A DNA stretch of 64,000 bases from Nitrospirae bacterium 13_2_20CM_2_62_8 (GTDB lineage: Bacteria > Nitrospirota > Nitrospiria > Nitrospirales > Nitrospiraceae): the NCBI GenBank assembly GCA_001914955.1, contig MNDM01000034.1:1-64000 (forward strand). Direction: 5' to 3'. Both the position numbers and the translations under genes were made by a program. This document shows positions 1 through 9,413 of this stretch, piece by piece (within the stretch, counting starts at the first letter, position 1; each line of letters begins with the position of its first letter). The notes under the pieces are model-generated. The model searched no databases, was not told the DNA's origin, and was given only the letters and a program-made list of their open reading frames with translations.

Positions 1-3000
1 AGGACCGGATCCTTGACCCCGAAGAAGTACTGAGTGTCAGTATTCCCAATATCGAGCGTGCTGTAAAAGCGCCCGCTGCCGAAAAATACCCACAGCTTGC
101 TGGCCTCATCCATGGTGACGGTCGGCGCCGCCGCGACCGGCCCGACCTCCGTGTTCCCGCTGGATGGAAAGGTGGCAAGCAGCACGGTCGGCACCCTGTT
201 GGACCCGGAACCGATCCCCCACATGGATAGATTCGGATTCCCTCCGCCGGTGGTGAGGCGATACAGCTTCCCGAACCAATCGGGGTTGCCCCCGTTCTTG
301 ATCACATTCCCTAGGTAGGTGGTATCGACACGGAAGTCCAGGTCGACATCCAGCGTGATCAGATCCCCCATGAAGGCATTGGCATCGCTCGTGGGGAACG
401 TGGAGACGAGGCTGTTCCCTATGCCAGGTCCGGTCGCCAGGTTGATGGCGAACATCTTGCCGGCTTGGACACTGCTTCCGTTATAACCGGTCGGGCCGGA
501 ACCCACTACCATGAGCCATTTGGCACTGGTGTTGCTGGTCTTCCCGTCGGCTGACGGGTTCACGCGCAGCACAGCCGGGTAGGTCGTGGCCAATCCGAGC
601 GTGGGATCCGTAAACACCCAGAGCAGCTTCGGATCCTGCTCCGGATTGGTGATGTCCAGCACGAAGTACGCGCTGTAGAAGGTGCGCGTCTCCACCCCAC
701 TGCCGAAATCGGCCGTGACGGTCATCGGCGGCGCGCCGGTGCCGGCCGTGCAGGCCCCGCAGCTTCCCCCCATCCGGAACCCGCCGATCAGGACTGTCCC
801 CCACCCGTTCGGGTGGTCGGCGTCCGGCGTGAAGATGCGCGCATCCGTCACCTTCGGCTTCAGGTCCACGTAATACACATGGGTGTAGTCGGCACGCGCC
901 AGCCACTGCAGATGCGGCAGGAGCTGATAGGGGATGAAGCCCCAGAGCTCCTGGCCCAGGAGTGGCCCGCTGCTGTTGTCGGTCGCCGTTCGGGTGAACC
1001 AGCCGTGTTCGACCTCCAGCGTGGTAGCGGCATCGTCCCCCCGGTGATAGAACCCGACATTGAAGGCGTGGAGCATCCCGTCGTTGGCGCCCATGTAGGC
1101 CACCTGCCGCCGGGTCCGGTACTGCTGGAAGAAAGTGGCGTAGCTGGCATCCCCGTAGATCAGGTCATACCGCTCCTTGGGCGCCCCCACCACGGTCGGG
1201 GTGGAATCAATGGGGTCCCCCAGCTTCCAGACCTGCAGCCCGGCCCCGATGGTGAGCTGCCGGTTACGCAGGCCGGCCACCTGCTCGCCGCGGATGAAGT
1301 TGATGATATTGTCCGCAGTGAATGGGGGCGTCCCGGCCCGTAAATAGGGCGCGAGGGTGGCAGAGTTGGCGGTCGTGAAGGGGATCTGCTCTCCGGCATC
1401 CACCACTGCATCGTTGTCGGTATCCACCCAGGTCAGGATCTTGCGGGACGATGAGGCCATCAAGGCCAGTTGTTTCCCCGCTTCCCAGATGCCTTGGACA
1501 TCCTTGAGCCCGACTGTCTCGAAGGGGGTGGTGGTGTCCGCCTTCCCGTCCCCGTTGGCGTCGGCATACCGATCTACCTTGACCTCGCTCACGGTCGAAT
1601 CGTACCGCGTCCGAATGATCGTGTCGTTTGGGAGGACCAGTCGTCCGTCCGCGTCGGTGTCCTCCCGAAGGTTGCCAAACGCATCAAGGAAGAGGCCCTG
1701 GGTGAAGCCGGCCCACTTGATCTCGTTGAATCCCTCGAAAACCAGCGGGTAAAAGAAGGCCTGGTAGAGCGCGCCTTCCCCGCTGGAGGAGGTTGCCAGC
1801 ACCGAGACCGAGGTGCCGGACTGGCTCCGCTGCAGAATGCTTCCGATGGCGGCCAGCATCCGGTCCTTCATCTTCTCAGCATCGTTAGACTCATAGTAGG
1901 TGTCGGGGAGACCATCAGCTCCCGCGGCCCCGGTATAATTGTTGAGCTCGTCCCACTCCGCGACAAGGTCCGGGAGGTTATTGTTGTTCCGATCCTTGAA
2001 CCCACCAGCCTTGGCCGTGGCTTTGAGGATCTCGGACCCGCTTCCAAACGCGAAGAAGCTGTAGATGGTCACGTTCTGAAGCCCGGCCAGGTCTTTCCCG
2101 GTCTCACTCAAGACAGGAAGTGTCGCCTGGCGCAGATCGGTGGTATGGGCATAATAGGCCACGTCGTCGAGGTAGTGGGAGCCGTTGTTCGCATAGTTCG
2201 TCTTGTGGGGTGTGCAGGGATCCGCGGTGGTCGCGCCCGAGCAGTGCGCTCCGTGGACCGCATGGGCATAATCCTGAAGCGCGGGTGGGACATTGTCATC
2301 CTGGGTCGGCTCCCCATCCGTGAAGATGATCACGAAGCTTTTGCAGCAAGGAACGTACTGGGCCCTCGACACCCAATCCGGCTGCCTGAAATAGTATGGG
2401 TCCCGGTTCGTGACGTTGTACGAGTAGTCGGAGCCCGCGTAGGCGGGTGGGATTTGGGCATAATAGCGGGCGGCCTCATAGAGCGACTCGGCCAGCGGGG
2501 TCCAGGTGCCGGGGGTGGTACTCTCGATGGCCGTGAGCTGGTCCTGGATGTTCGACCCCACATCGCTCAGGACCTTGCCGCCATCCCCGCTCCCCTTGAA
2601 CTCCATGACACCGAACCGAGCCTTGGATCCGACCTGCTGGATAATCCCGCTGGCATTTTCGAAAAGGTCGACGCGGATCTGCCATTTGGTCTCGGTATAG
2701 GTGCCTCCGTCGCTGCAGTCCGAGCTGGTCGGCTGGGTACTATCATTATCCACGCAGTGTTGTCAAACGTGGACTGCCCGATGAGCTGTTTGCATCCCCC
2801 CTGCGCGTCCCGGCCGCCGGCTGAGCAGGTGCCCCCCATCATGACCCATTTCACCATGTCGATCCGCCGCATGGATACATAATTCAGCAGGCTGCCAGAC
2901 CAGAGGTATGGAGAAGTGGTACAGGTCCCCAGGGTGGTGGGGTTGGCAGCAGGGTTGGGGATGAACTTGTTGGAGCCGTAATCGTAGCACTCCAAGGGAT

Positions 3001-3307
3001 CGAAGAGGCCGAAATAAGACTTCGTCGCATCGAAAGAAGTTTGATAGGCCACTGTGTTCATGCTGCCGGAATTGTCCAGCAAGAGGAGGATATTCGGCGG
3101 CACGGCGTCCCGACCGACGAACGCGGGAACGGAGGTGTAGTCGGCCATGGCCTGGGCGTTCACCTCGGTGGGCCCGAGGATCAGGATTAGACTCGCTAGC
3201 GACAGGGCGCACGTGAGGGCGAGGCGTTGTATCGTTCCTGCGAAGCCGGTTCTTACCCCTTCTACCCTTGTCGCTTCTGCCGGTTTAACGATCTTCGTGG
3301 GGAGCAT
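1..3307 (-). CDS. pilY1: PilY1-like type IV pilus tip-associated adhesin (signal peptide, N-terminal vWA/MIDAS domain, PilY1 beta-propeller region); 3' end runs off the window start; apparent -1/+2 frameshift near 2745-2765
   Basis: N-terminus has a signal peptide (LALTCALSLASLILILGPTEVNA-QA) and a vWA MIDAS motif (LLLLDNSGSM). After ~2760 the ORF-track frame degenerates into junk, and another minus-strand frame carries on with ARFGVMEFKGSGDGG, TPLAESLYEAARYY and later the classic PilY1 motif GANDGMLHAFN. That frame stays open by manual translation down to position 1. Confidence 0.6.
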
Positions 3308-3404
3308 CGTTATTGTTCCTTGTTCGTGGATGTTACTTCGTGGTGTTTCGCGACCCTTTTAAACCATAGCTCCGCCGCCATAAAAATGGGGGTGGAAAGT
3401 GGGG

Positions 3405-3467
3405 GGAGGATATAACCTTTCTATAAAGGCTTTATGTCGGGAGGGTATAAACTTTCCATAAAGATTT
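3405..3467. promoter_or_regulatory. Two imperfect ~29-nt direct repeats (period 34 nt) in the pilY1 upstream region; candidate binding site for a direct-repeat-binding (OmpR-family) regulator
   Basis: ggaggatataacctttctataaaggcttt at 3405-3433 and gggagggtataaactttccataaagatttt at 3439-3467. They lie 100-160 nt upstream of the pilY1 start (3307), and an OmpR-family regulator gene sits immediately upstream. Confidence 0.35.
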
Positions 3468-3667
3468 TGGGTATCGGGTATGGAGGTGACGATCACGTGG
3501 GCAGGGGCGGGAGACAGGTCATTGCCCGTCAGAGGGGCCCGGGGCATCTCCGGCCGAAACGGTGGCGGAAAGGATTTACAGGGCTAGGTAGAAATCACGG
3601 AGAAGGAGCGATGGATCGAGCGAGGATGGAGCTGGAATGGGTGTTGGGAGGAAGCCGAGGGCGCTGA

Positions 3668-4378
3668 CTACTCGGGAGATTCTTCTCGCGTGTCTGCAGA
3701 AAATCGGTAGCCAATCCCGGGATCGGTCACAATGAAGGGCGGACGACCTGAATTCGTCTCGAGCTTCTTTCTGAGGTGGCCCATGAACACTCGCAGATAT
3801 TGAACCTTATCGTGGTAACCCGGTCCCCACACAGCGGTCAGCAGCATCCGGTGCGTGAGTGGTCTCCCGACGTTTTGGACCATGTACTTGAGAAGATCGT
3901 ACTCGGTTGGCGTCATCTTGACCTGCTGCCCGTTCAGCCGCACTTCGCGGCGATCGAAGTTGACCGAGAGGTCTCCGCTGGTGAAGATCGGCTCCACGCT
4001 CTGCGCGCCGGCGGCTCTCCGCATACCAGCCTTGATTCTAGCGTGCAACTCGTCCACGCTGAACGGCTTGGTCACATAGTCATCCGCCCCTTGATCCAGC
4101 GCTTCCACCTTCGACCGCTCATCGCCGATCCCGGAGAGGACAATGATCGGGGCGGCCGATTGTTCCCGGACACGACGAATGAGTTCGAGCCCGCTCATTC
4201 CCGGAAGGATCATATCAATGACAAAAATATCCGGGGGGCGATGCACGATGAGTTCTAACGTCTCAGGGCCGGATTGTGCAGCCAGCACCTCATAGCCTTT
4301 CGCGGCCAGGTTACCCTGTAACAAACGGAGGATCGACGGCTCATCATCGACGACGCAAATTCTGGCGCCTTGACCCAT
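3668..4378 (-). CDS. OmpR-family response regulator, KdpE-like (REC + winged-helix); no cognate kinase adjacent
   Basis: It has the receiver motifs VVDDEP...FVIDMILPGMSG and the C-terminal LTHRMLLTAVWGPGYHDKVQYLRVFMGHLRKKLE, which closely resembles the KdpE DNA-binding domain. Confidence 0.8.
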   Translation of the reverse strand: MGQGARICVVDDEPSILRLLQGNLAAKGYEVLAAQSGPETLELIVHRPPDIFVIDMILPGMSGLELIRRVREQSAAPIIVLSGIGDERSKVEALDQGADDYVTKPFSVDELHARIKAGMRRAAGAQSVEPIFTSGDLSVNFDRREVRLNGQQVKMTPTEYDLLKYMVQNVGRPLTHRMLLTAVWGPGYHDKVQYLRVFMGHLRKKLETNSGRPPFIVTDPGIGYRFSADTREESPE

Positions 4379-4756
4379 CGTGCCCTCCGTGATCGGAATC
4401 CCCCCGGCTCAACGAGATCGGGGCCGCATAAAGAAAAGATTAGCACATTTATTTGTCTATGCAATCAATACGTTCAACGAGATTAATGCGGATTGCTCAG
4501 TGGCCGCGGGTTTCTCCTCCAGGCTGCCGGTCGACGAGGCCCCGACAGAGTCGACCGCGACACTCGGCTCATCACGCACCAGACGCGTACTGTATTTGTG
4601 CGAGGTCTTCCCTTCCTGGGTCTTGGTAGGCACCTGGCAAAAGACCCGTCGAGCCTTCTCTGTCAGATTTATACGGTGGGAAAGCAGTGCTGACGCCGTA
4701 GCAGAGGGGGAAGACCTACGCGTCCAGGTGTGGGCGTTACCCTGACCCCACTGGCG

Positions 4757-5875
4757 TCAGTTCCCTCTGGGCTGGAGAGCCCCTTCAATGAGGAGATCCC
4801 TGCCGATCCGTTGCGTCCGGAGGTCCGTCAGGGGAAGAGCGCCCGCCAACCGCTGCGGGGCCTGTCCTCCGATCACGCCTTTGGCATCTCGCCCGCCCAA
4901 CAGAGTCGGGGCGAGGTAGAACAGCACGCGGTTCACCAGTCCCGCCCTCAGTACCGACGCATTCAGTTCGCTTCCGCCCTCGATCAACAAGCTGGTGATG
5001 CCCATCCGCCCCAGATGGGTTAAGCAGGCGCGTAGGGAGACCCGCCCGTGTTGAGCCGGCAGAACGACCACCGGGACGCCCTTCGCTCGGAGCCGCTCTA
5101 TCCGCGCCCTGGGAGCTCGGGCCGTGGTGGCGACTACGCTACCGGACCCCGGACCAGTCGAGGCGCCCGGCGACAGCACATGAGCTGCCGGTGAGATGCG
5201 GAGCGTGCTGTCCACGACCACACGGAGCGGTTGGCGAAGGCGGGGCGCCCGTGACCGCCGATCCCCAAGTCTGACCGTCAGTTGGGGATCGTCACGCAGA
5301 ACCGTCCCGATCCCCACCATGACCGCGTCCACCTGGCTTCGCAGACGATGCGCATGTCGTCGGGCCACTAGACCGGTGATCCATCGCGACTCTCCACTGG
5401 CCGCGGCGATCTTGCCGTCCAGCGTCATCGCCGCCTTCATGATCACGAACGGCCGGCCGGTGCGCATCCAGTGACAATAGATTTCGTTCAACCGCTCGGC
5501 TTCCTCGCGAAGACAGCCGATGGTCACCTGGATGCCCGCACGGCGCAGGCGACTGATGCCGCGCCCGCTGACCAGAGGGTTGGGATCGCGTATCGCTACC
5601 ACGACGCGTCGAAGGCCTGACTCAATAATGGCCGGGACGCAGGGGGGGGTTCGCTTGCTGGTGTGATGACACGGCTCGAGGGTGACGTACAGGGTGGCGC
5701 CGTGCGCCCGGCCGCCAGCCGACCGGAGGGCCAGCACCTCCGCGTGTGGCCCGCCAGGCCGTCGGTGATAGCCCTTCCCGACGATCCGGCGTCCGGAGAC
5801 CACGACCGCACCGACCATCGGGTTGGGGCTGGTATGCCCCCGGCCTTTGGCGGCCAAACGGACCGCCAGCGCCAT
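4757..5875 (-). CDS. ribD: Bifunctional riboflavin biosynthesis protein RibD (deaminase + reductase)
   Basis: HAEVLAL...LYVTLEPCHH is the CMP/dCMP deaminase zinc motif, and a C-terminal RibD reductase domain follows. I chose the start MALAVRLAAKG (5875) to avoid overlap with ppdK; the longest ORF would extend to 6133. Confidence 0.8.
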   Translation of the reverse strand: MALAVRLAAKGRGHTSPNPMVGAVVVSGRRIVGKGYHRRPGGPHAEVLALRSAGGRAHGATLYVTLEPCHHTSKRTPPCVPAIIESGLRRVVVAIRDPNPLVSGRGISRLRRAGIQVTIGCLREEAERLNEIYCHWMRTGRPFVIMKAAMTLDGKIAAASGESRWITGLVARRHAHRLRSQVDAVMVGIGTVLRDDPQLTVRLGDRRSRAPRLRQPLRVVVDSTLRISPAAHVLSPGASTGPGSGSVVATTARAPRARIERLRAKGVPVVVLPAQHGRVSLRACLTHLGRMGITSLLIEGGSELNASVLRAGLVNRVLFYLAPTLLGGRDAKGVIGGQAPQRLAGALPLTDLRTQRIGRDLLIEGALQPRGN

Positions 5876-5901
5876 GTACCTACGATCAAGGTCGGGTTGC
5901 T

Positions 5902-8832
5902 TCACCGCATCTTGCTGGAGTGAGGTCTGCGGCTGCGGGACCTCCGACGCGCACGGGGGCTTCGACCGGCCCGGCCGGCTGAATGGAGAGCGGGATGCGG
6001 GGCGGACTTGCCGGCGGCCGGGGTCGTGCCGGCTCCCCATGATCCCGTCAAGGCCGCCTGCGCCGCCGCGAGACGCGCAATCGCAACACGGTACGGCGAA
6101 CAACTCACGTAGTCCAGGCCAAGCTGGTGACAAAACTCAACCGAACTCGGCTCCCCTCCATGCTCGCCGCAAATCCCCAGCTTGAGGTCGGGGCGCGTCA
6201 GGCGGCCCTCCGTGATGGCCATGCGCATCATGGCCCCGACGCCTTCCCGGTCCAGGACGGCGAAGGGATCGGCGTCCAGGATGTTCTCCGCCTTCCCGGG
6301 AATGGCAGCCCCGCAGCTGTTGCACACCATCTTCTTCCAGTCCACGTCGGAGCTCAGGCACCGGGGACAGCTATCCTGCCGTCGCATGTAGAACCCGACG
6401 AACTTCGCCGCGTCATCGCGCGAGAACCCGAAGGTGGTCTGGGTGAGATCGTTGGTCCCGAAGGAGAAAAATTCTGCCTCCTCGGCGATCCGTCTGGCGG
6501 TCACGGCCGCCCGCGGCAACTCGATCATGGTGCCCACCAGGTAGGTGAGCTTCACGTTGCGGCGCCGCATCGTCTCCTCGGCGACCTCGCGGATCAGATC
6601 CTTTTGGGCTTTCATTTCCGACACCATCCCCACCAGCGGGATCATGATTTCCGGCACGATCTTCTTGCCCTCGCGGGTCAGCTCGCAGGCCGCTTCCAGG
6701 ATGGCGCGGGTCTGCATGCGCGTGATCTCCGGCATGGTGATGCCGAGCCGGCAGCCTCGCAGGCCCAGCATGGGATTGAACTCATGGAGCTCCTCCACTC
6801 GAGCCAGGAGCCGCCGTTTCTCCTCCACCCGCGCCGGGTCTCTGCCAATGAGCTCCAGCCGCGCGATCTCCACCATCAACTCTTCCCGTTTGGGCAGGAA
6901 TTCATGGAGCGGGGGGTCGAGCAGACGAATCGTCACGGGGAAGCCTTTCATCTCACGGTACAGCCCGATGAAGTCCTGCTTTTGCAGCGGGAGCAGCTGC
7001 GCCAGGTAGCGCTCGCGCTCTTCCCGCGTGCGGGCCAGGATCATGTGCTGCATGACCGGGACCCGATCCTCGGCAAAGAACATATGCTCGGTCCGGCAGA
7101 GCCCGATCCCCTCGGCCCCGAAGCCCCGGGCGATGCTGGCCTGCTCCGGCACGTCCGCATTGGCCCGGACCCGCAGCACCCGGAACTCGTCGGCCCACTT
7201 GAGGAGCCTGGAGTAGTACCGATACTTCTCCGATCGGCGTGCACTCATCTTGCCCAGGATGACCTGGATCACCTCGGATTCCACCACCGGGATATCGCCC
7301 TCATACACATGGCCGGTGAACCCGTTGATCGAGAGTGAGTCGCCCTCCTTCAAGACACGCGACCCGATCTTCACCGTGGTGCCGTTTTCCACCTCCACCG
7401 CTTCGCAGCCCGCCACGCAGACCTTTCCCATCTGCCGAGCGACGACTGCGGCGTGGGATGTCACCCCGCCTCTCGCAGTCAGGAACCCCACCGACGCGTT
7501 CATCCCGTGGATGTCGTCCGGGCTGGTCTCTTGACGGACCAACACGACGCGCTCACCACGCGCCTGCATCTCGACCGCCCGGTCAGGCGTCAGCGCGATC
7601 TTCCCGGCCGCCGCGCCCGGTCCGGCCGGCAGGCCCTTGCCCAGGGAGACGTGCTTGGCCTCTGCCGCACCATCAAAGATTGGATACAGGTATTGAGAGA
7701 GTTGCTCCGGTCCCACGCGGAGGACCGCTTCGCGTTTGCTGATCAAGCCTTCCTTGACCATATCCACCGCGATGCGCACGGCCGCGATGCCGGTACGTTT
7801 CCCCACCCGGGTCTGGAGCATGTAGAGCTTGCCTTCCTGAATGGTAAACTCCAGGTCCAGCATGTCGCGGTAATGACGTTCGAGGGTCCGGTAGGTGTTC
7901 GTCAGCTGCTTGGAGGCGCGTGGAAGGCGGCCGGCGAGGGAGCTGACCGGGAGCGGCGTCCGAATCCCGGCCACCACATCCTCCCCCTGTGCGTTCAACA
8001 AGTACTCACCGAAGAAGGTGGGTCGCCCGGACGCCGGATCGCGGGTGAACGCGACGCCGGTTCCGCTCGTGTCCCCCATGTTGCCGAACACCATGGCGAC
8101 CACGTTCACGGCGGTTCCCCAACTGTCCGGAATATTGTAGAGGCGCCGGTAGGTGACGGCCCGAGGGCCGTACCATGACGAAAAGACGGCGTTGATGCCC
8201 ATTCTGAGTTGCTCCAACGCATCGACGGGAAACTCATGCCCGGTCTCTTCACGGACCGCCGCCTTCAGCCGGACGACCAGGTCCTTCAGCGCCTTGGCAT
8301 CCAGGTCAGTGTCCAGCGCCACCCCGTGCTCCGCCTTCTTCCGCTTCAGGATTTCCTCGAATCGCTCACGGCTCACACCCATGACGACACTGCCGAACAT
8401 CATAATGAACCGCCGATAGGCGTCCTGCGCGAACCGTTCATTCCGGGTCCTGGCAGCCAACCCGTTGACAGTCCGGTCATTCAGCCCAACGTTCAGCACC
8501 GTATCCATCATGCCCGGCATCGACGCCCGGGCGCCCGACCGCACCGACACCAAGAGCGGATTGTCGGGATCCCCGAAGCGGGCTTCCATCGAGCGTTCCA
8601 CCTTCCTGAGACAGTGCAGGGCTTGTTCCCACATCCCCGGGGGATAGACCTTGCCGCGACGGTAGTACTCGACGCAGGCTTCGGTCGTGATGGTGAACCC
8701 GGCCGGCACGGAGATCCTGAGATTGGTCATTTCGGCCAGGCCGGCGCCCTTCCCGCCGAGCAGTTCCTTCATCTCGCCGGTCCCTTCGGCCTTTCCGTCC
8801 CCGAAATAATAGACAAATTTCTTCGTGCCCAC
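5902..8832 (-). CDS. ppdK: Pyruvate, phosphate dikinase, carrying a ~30-aa Cys4 zinc-ribbon insertion and a ~48-aa R/S/P-rich C-terminal extension
   Basis: The N-terminus GTKKFVYYFGDGKAEGTGEMKELLGGKGAGLAEM is canonical PPDK, with the PEP-utilising and TIM-barrel domains following. Start is GTG at 8832 with a GAGGAG-like RBS. Conserved FGTNDLTQTTFGFSRDD and GICGEHGG...GLDYVSCSPYRV flank an inserted CPRC...CNSC segment. Confidence 0.85.
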   Translation of the reverse strand: MGTKKFVYYFGDGKAEGTGEMKELLGGKGAGLAEMTNLRISVPAGFTITTEACVEYYRRGKVYPPGMWEQALHCLRKVERSMEARFGDPDNPLLVSVRSGARASMPGMMDTVLNVGLNDRTVNGLAARTRNERFAQDAYRRFIMMFGSVVMGVSRERFEEILKRKKAEHGVALDTDLDAKALKDLVVRLKAAVREETGHEFPVDALEQLRMGINAVFSSWYGPRAVTYRRLYNIPDSWGTAVNVVAMVFGNMGDTSGTGVAFTRDPASGRPTFFGEYLLNAQGEDVVAGIRTPLPVSSLAGRLPRASKQLTNTYRTLERHYRDMLDLEFTIQEGKLYMLQTRVGKRTGIAAVRIAVDMVKEGLISKREAVLRVGPEQLSQYLYPIFDGAAEAKHVSLGKGLPAGPGAAAGKIALTPDRAVEMQARGERVVLVRQETSPDDIHGMNASVGFLTARGGVTSHAAVVARQMGKVCVAGCEAVEVENGTTVKIGSRVLKEGDSLSINGFTGHVYEGDIPVVESEVIQVILGKMSARRSEKYRYYSRLLKWADEFRVLRVRANADVPEQASIARGFGAEGIGLCRTEHMFFAEDRVPVMQHMILARTREERERYLAQLLPLQKQDFIGLYREMKGFPVTIRLLDPPLHEFLPKREELMVEIARLELIGRDPARVEEKRRLLARVEELHEFNPMLGLRGCRLGITMPEITRMQTRAILEAACELTREGKKIVPEIMIPLVGMVSEMKAQKDLIREVAEETMRRRNVKLTYLVGTMIELPRAAVTARRIAEEAEFFSFGTNDLTQTTFGFSRDDAAKFVGFYMRRQDSCPRCLSSDVDWKKMVCNSCGAAIPGKAENILDADPFAVLDREGVGAMMRMAITEGRLTRPDLKLGICGEHGGEPSSVEFCHQLGLDYVSCSPYRVAIARLAAAQAALTGSWGAGTTPAAGKSAPHPALHSAGRAGRSPRARRRSRSRRPHSSKMR

Positions 8833-8876
8833 GCCTGCCCTCTCCTCTTGGCTAGCCCCGGGACCGACTGAATTGA

Positions 8877-9398
8877 TTACACCTCATTGACCCGCGTTGG
8901 CAAGCGCCTACGGTATCGAGCGATCAGATAGCGCTTGAGCGTGACGCCTAGCGCGACCACCACCACCACAAACGCGCCGAGGACGAACACCCGGTAATCC
9001 ACCCGCACGCCCTCGTCATAATACAGTTTCCCGTCCCCGCCTTTGACGACCTGGGTCTCCGCTTGAAACGTGTGCGTGTCGCCGGAGGGATCCGACAGAT
9101 TGATCCATTCGTAACAAAGCTGGACGGGCCGCTCGACGCCGGCCACCTTGTGCCAGCTCAGACGGACACAGATATCCTTGGCGGTGTTGAAGCGATCCGG
9201 CGTCGTGAACAACGTATCCAGGTTGACGCCGCTGACCCACACCCCGAGGAGCAGGACCGCATTGCACACCACGATCAGAATGGCTGTCACCCGGTACGTG
9301 TAGCGTCGTACCCGGTGGGCCTGCAGCTCCTCCTGCGCCTGCTGTTCGCGGCGCGCAGGCTCCAGTGGAGCCGCGAGGTTTCCGCTCGAAGCAGTCAT
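8877..9398 (-). CDS. Hypothetical membrane protein (2 predicted TM helices)
   Basis: The ORF has two hydrophobic stretches (AILIVVCNAVLLLGVWV and VFVLGAFVVVVVALGV). It is packed tightly between glyS and ppdK on the same strand. Confidence 0.4.
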   Translation of the reverse strand: MTASSGNLAAPLEPARREQQAQEELQAHRVRRYTYRVTAILIVVCNAVLLLGVWVSGVNLDTLFTTPDRFNTAKDICVRLSWHKVAGVERPVQLCYEWINLSDPSGDTHTFQAETQVVKGGDGKLYYDEGVRVDYRVFVLGAFVVVVVALGVTLKRYLIARYRRRLPTRVNEV

Positions 9399-9413
9399 CG
9401 TGCGGTCGTCGCC

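Noticed and set aside
1470-2882. 470-aa plus-strand ORF (and many similar ORFs: 6127..7338 +, 11597..12703 +, 22929..24014 +, 24269..25249 +, 25621..27009 +, 52730..53734 +, 15823..17385 - of 520 aa, 17213..17974 -, 41511..42245 -, 63256..63825 +)
   Set aside because: These are Gly/Arg/Val/Leu-rich translations lying antisense to strongly supported genes (pilY1, ppdK, glyQ, the RND genes, tkt/crp/nirK, HD-GYP, asmA). In GC-rich genomes the antisense frames often lack stop codons, so long open frames there are expected, and I recognised no domains in them.
4380-4745. 121-aa plus-strand ORF in the ribD / response-regulator intergenic region
   Set aside because: It lies in an AT-rich promoter-like spacer. 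The translation is not protein-like and lacks an RBS.
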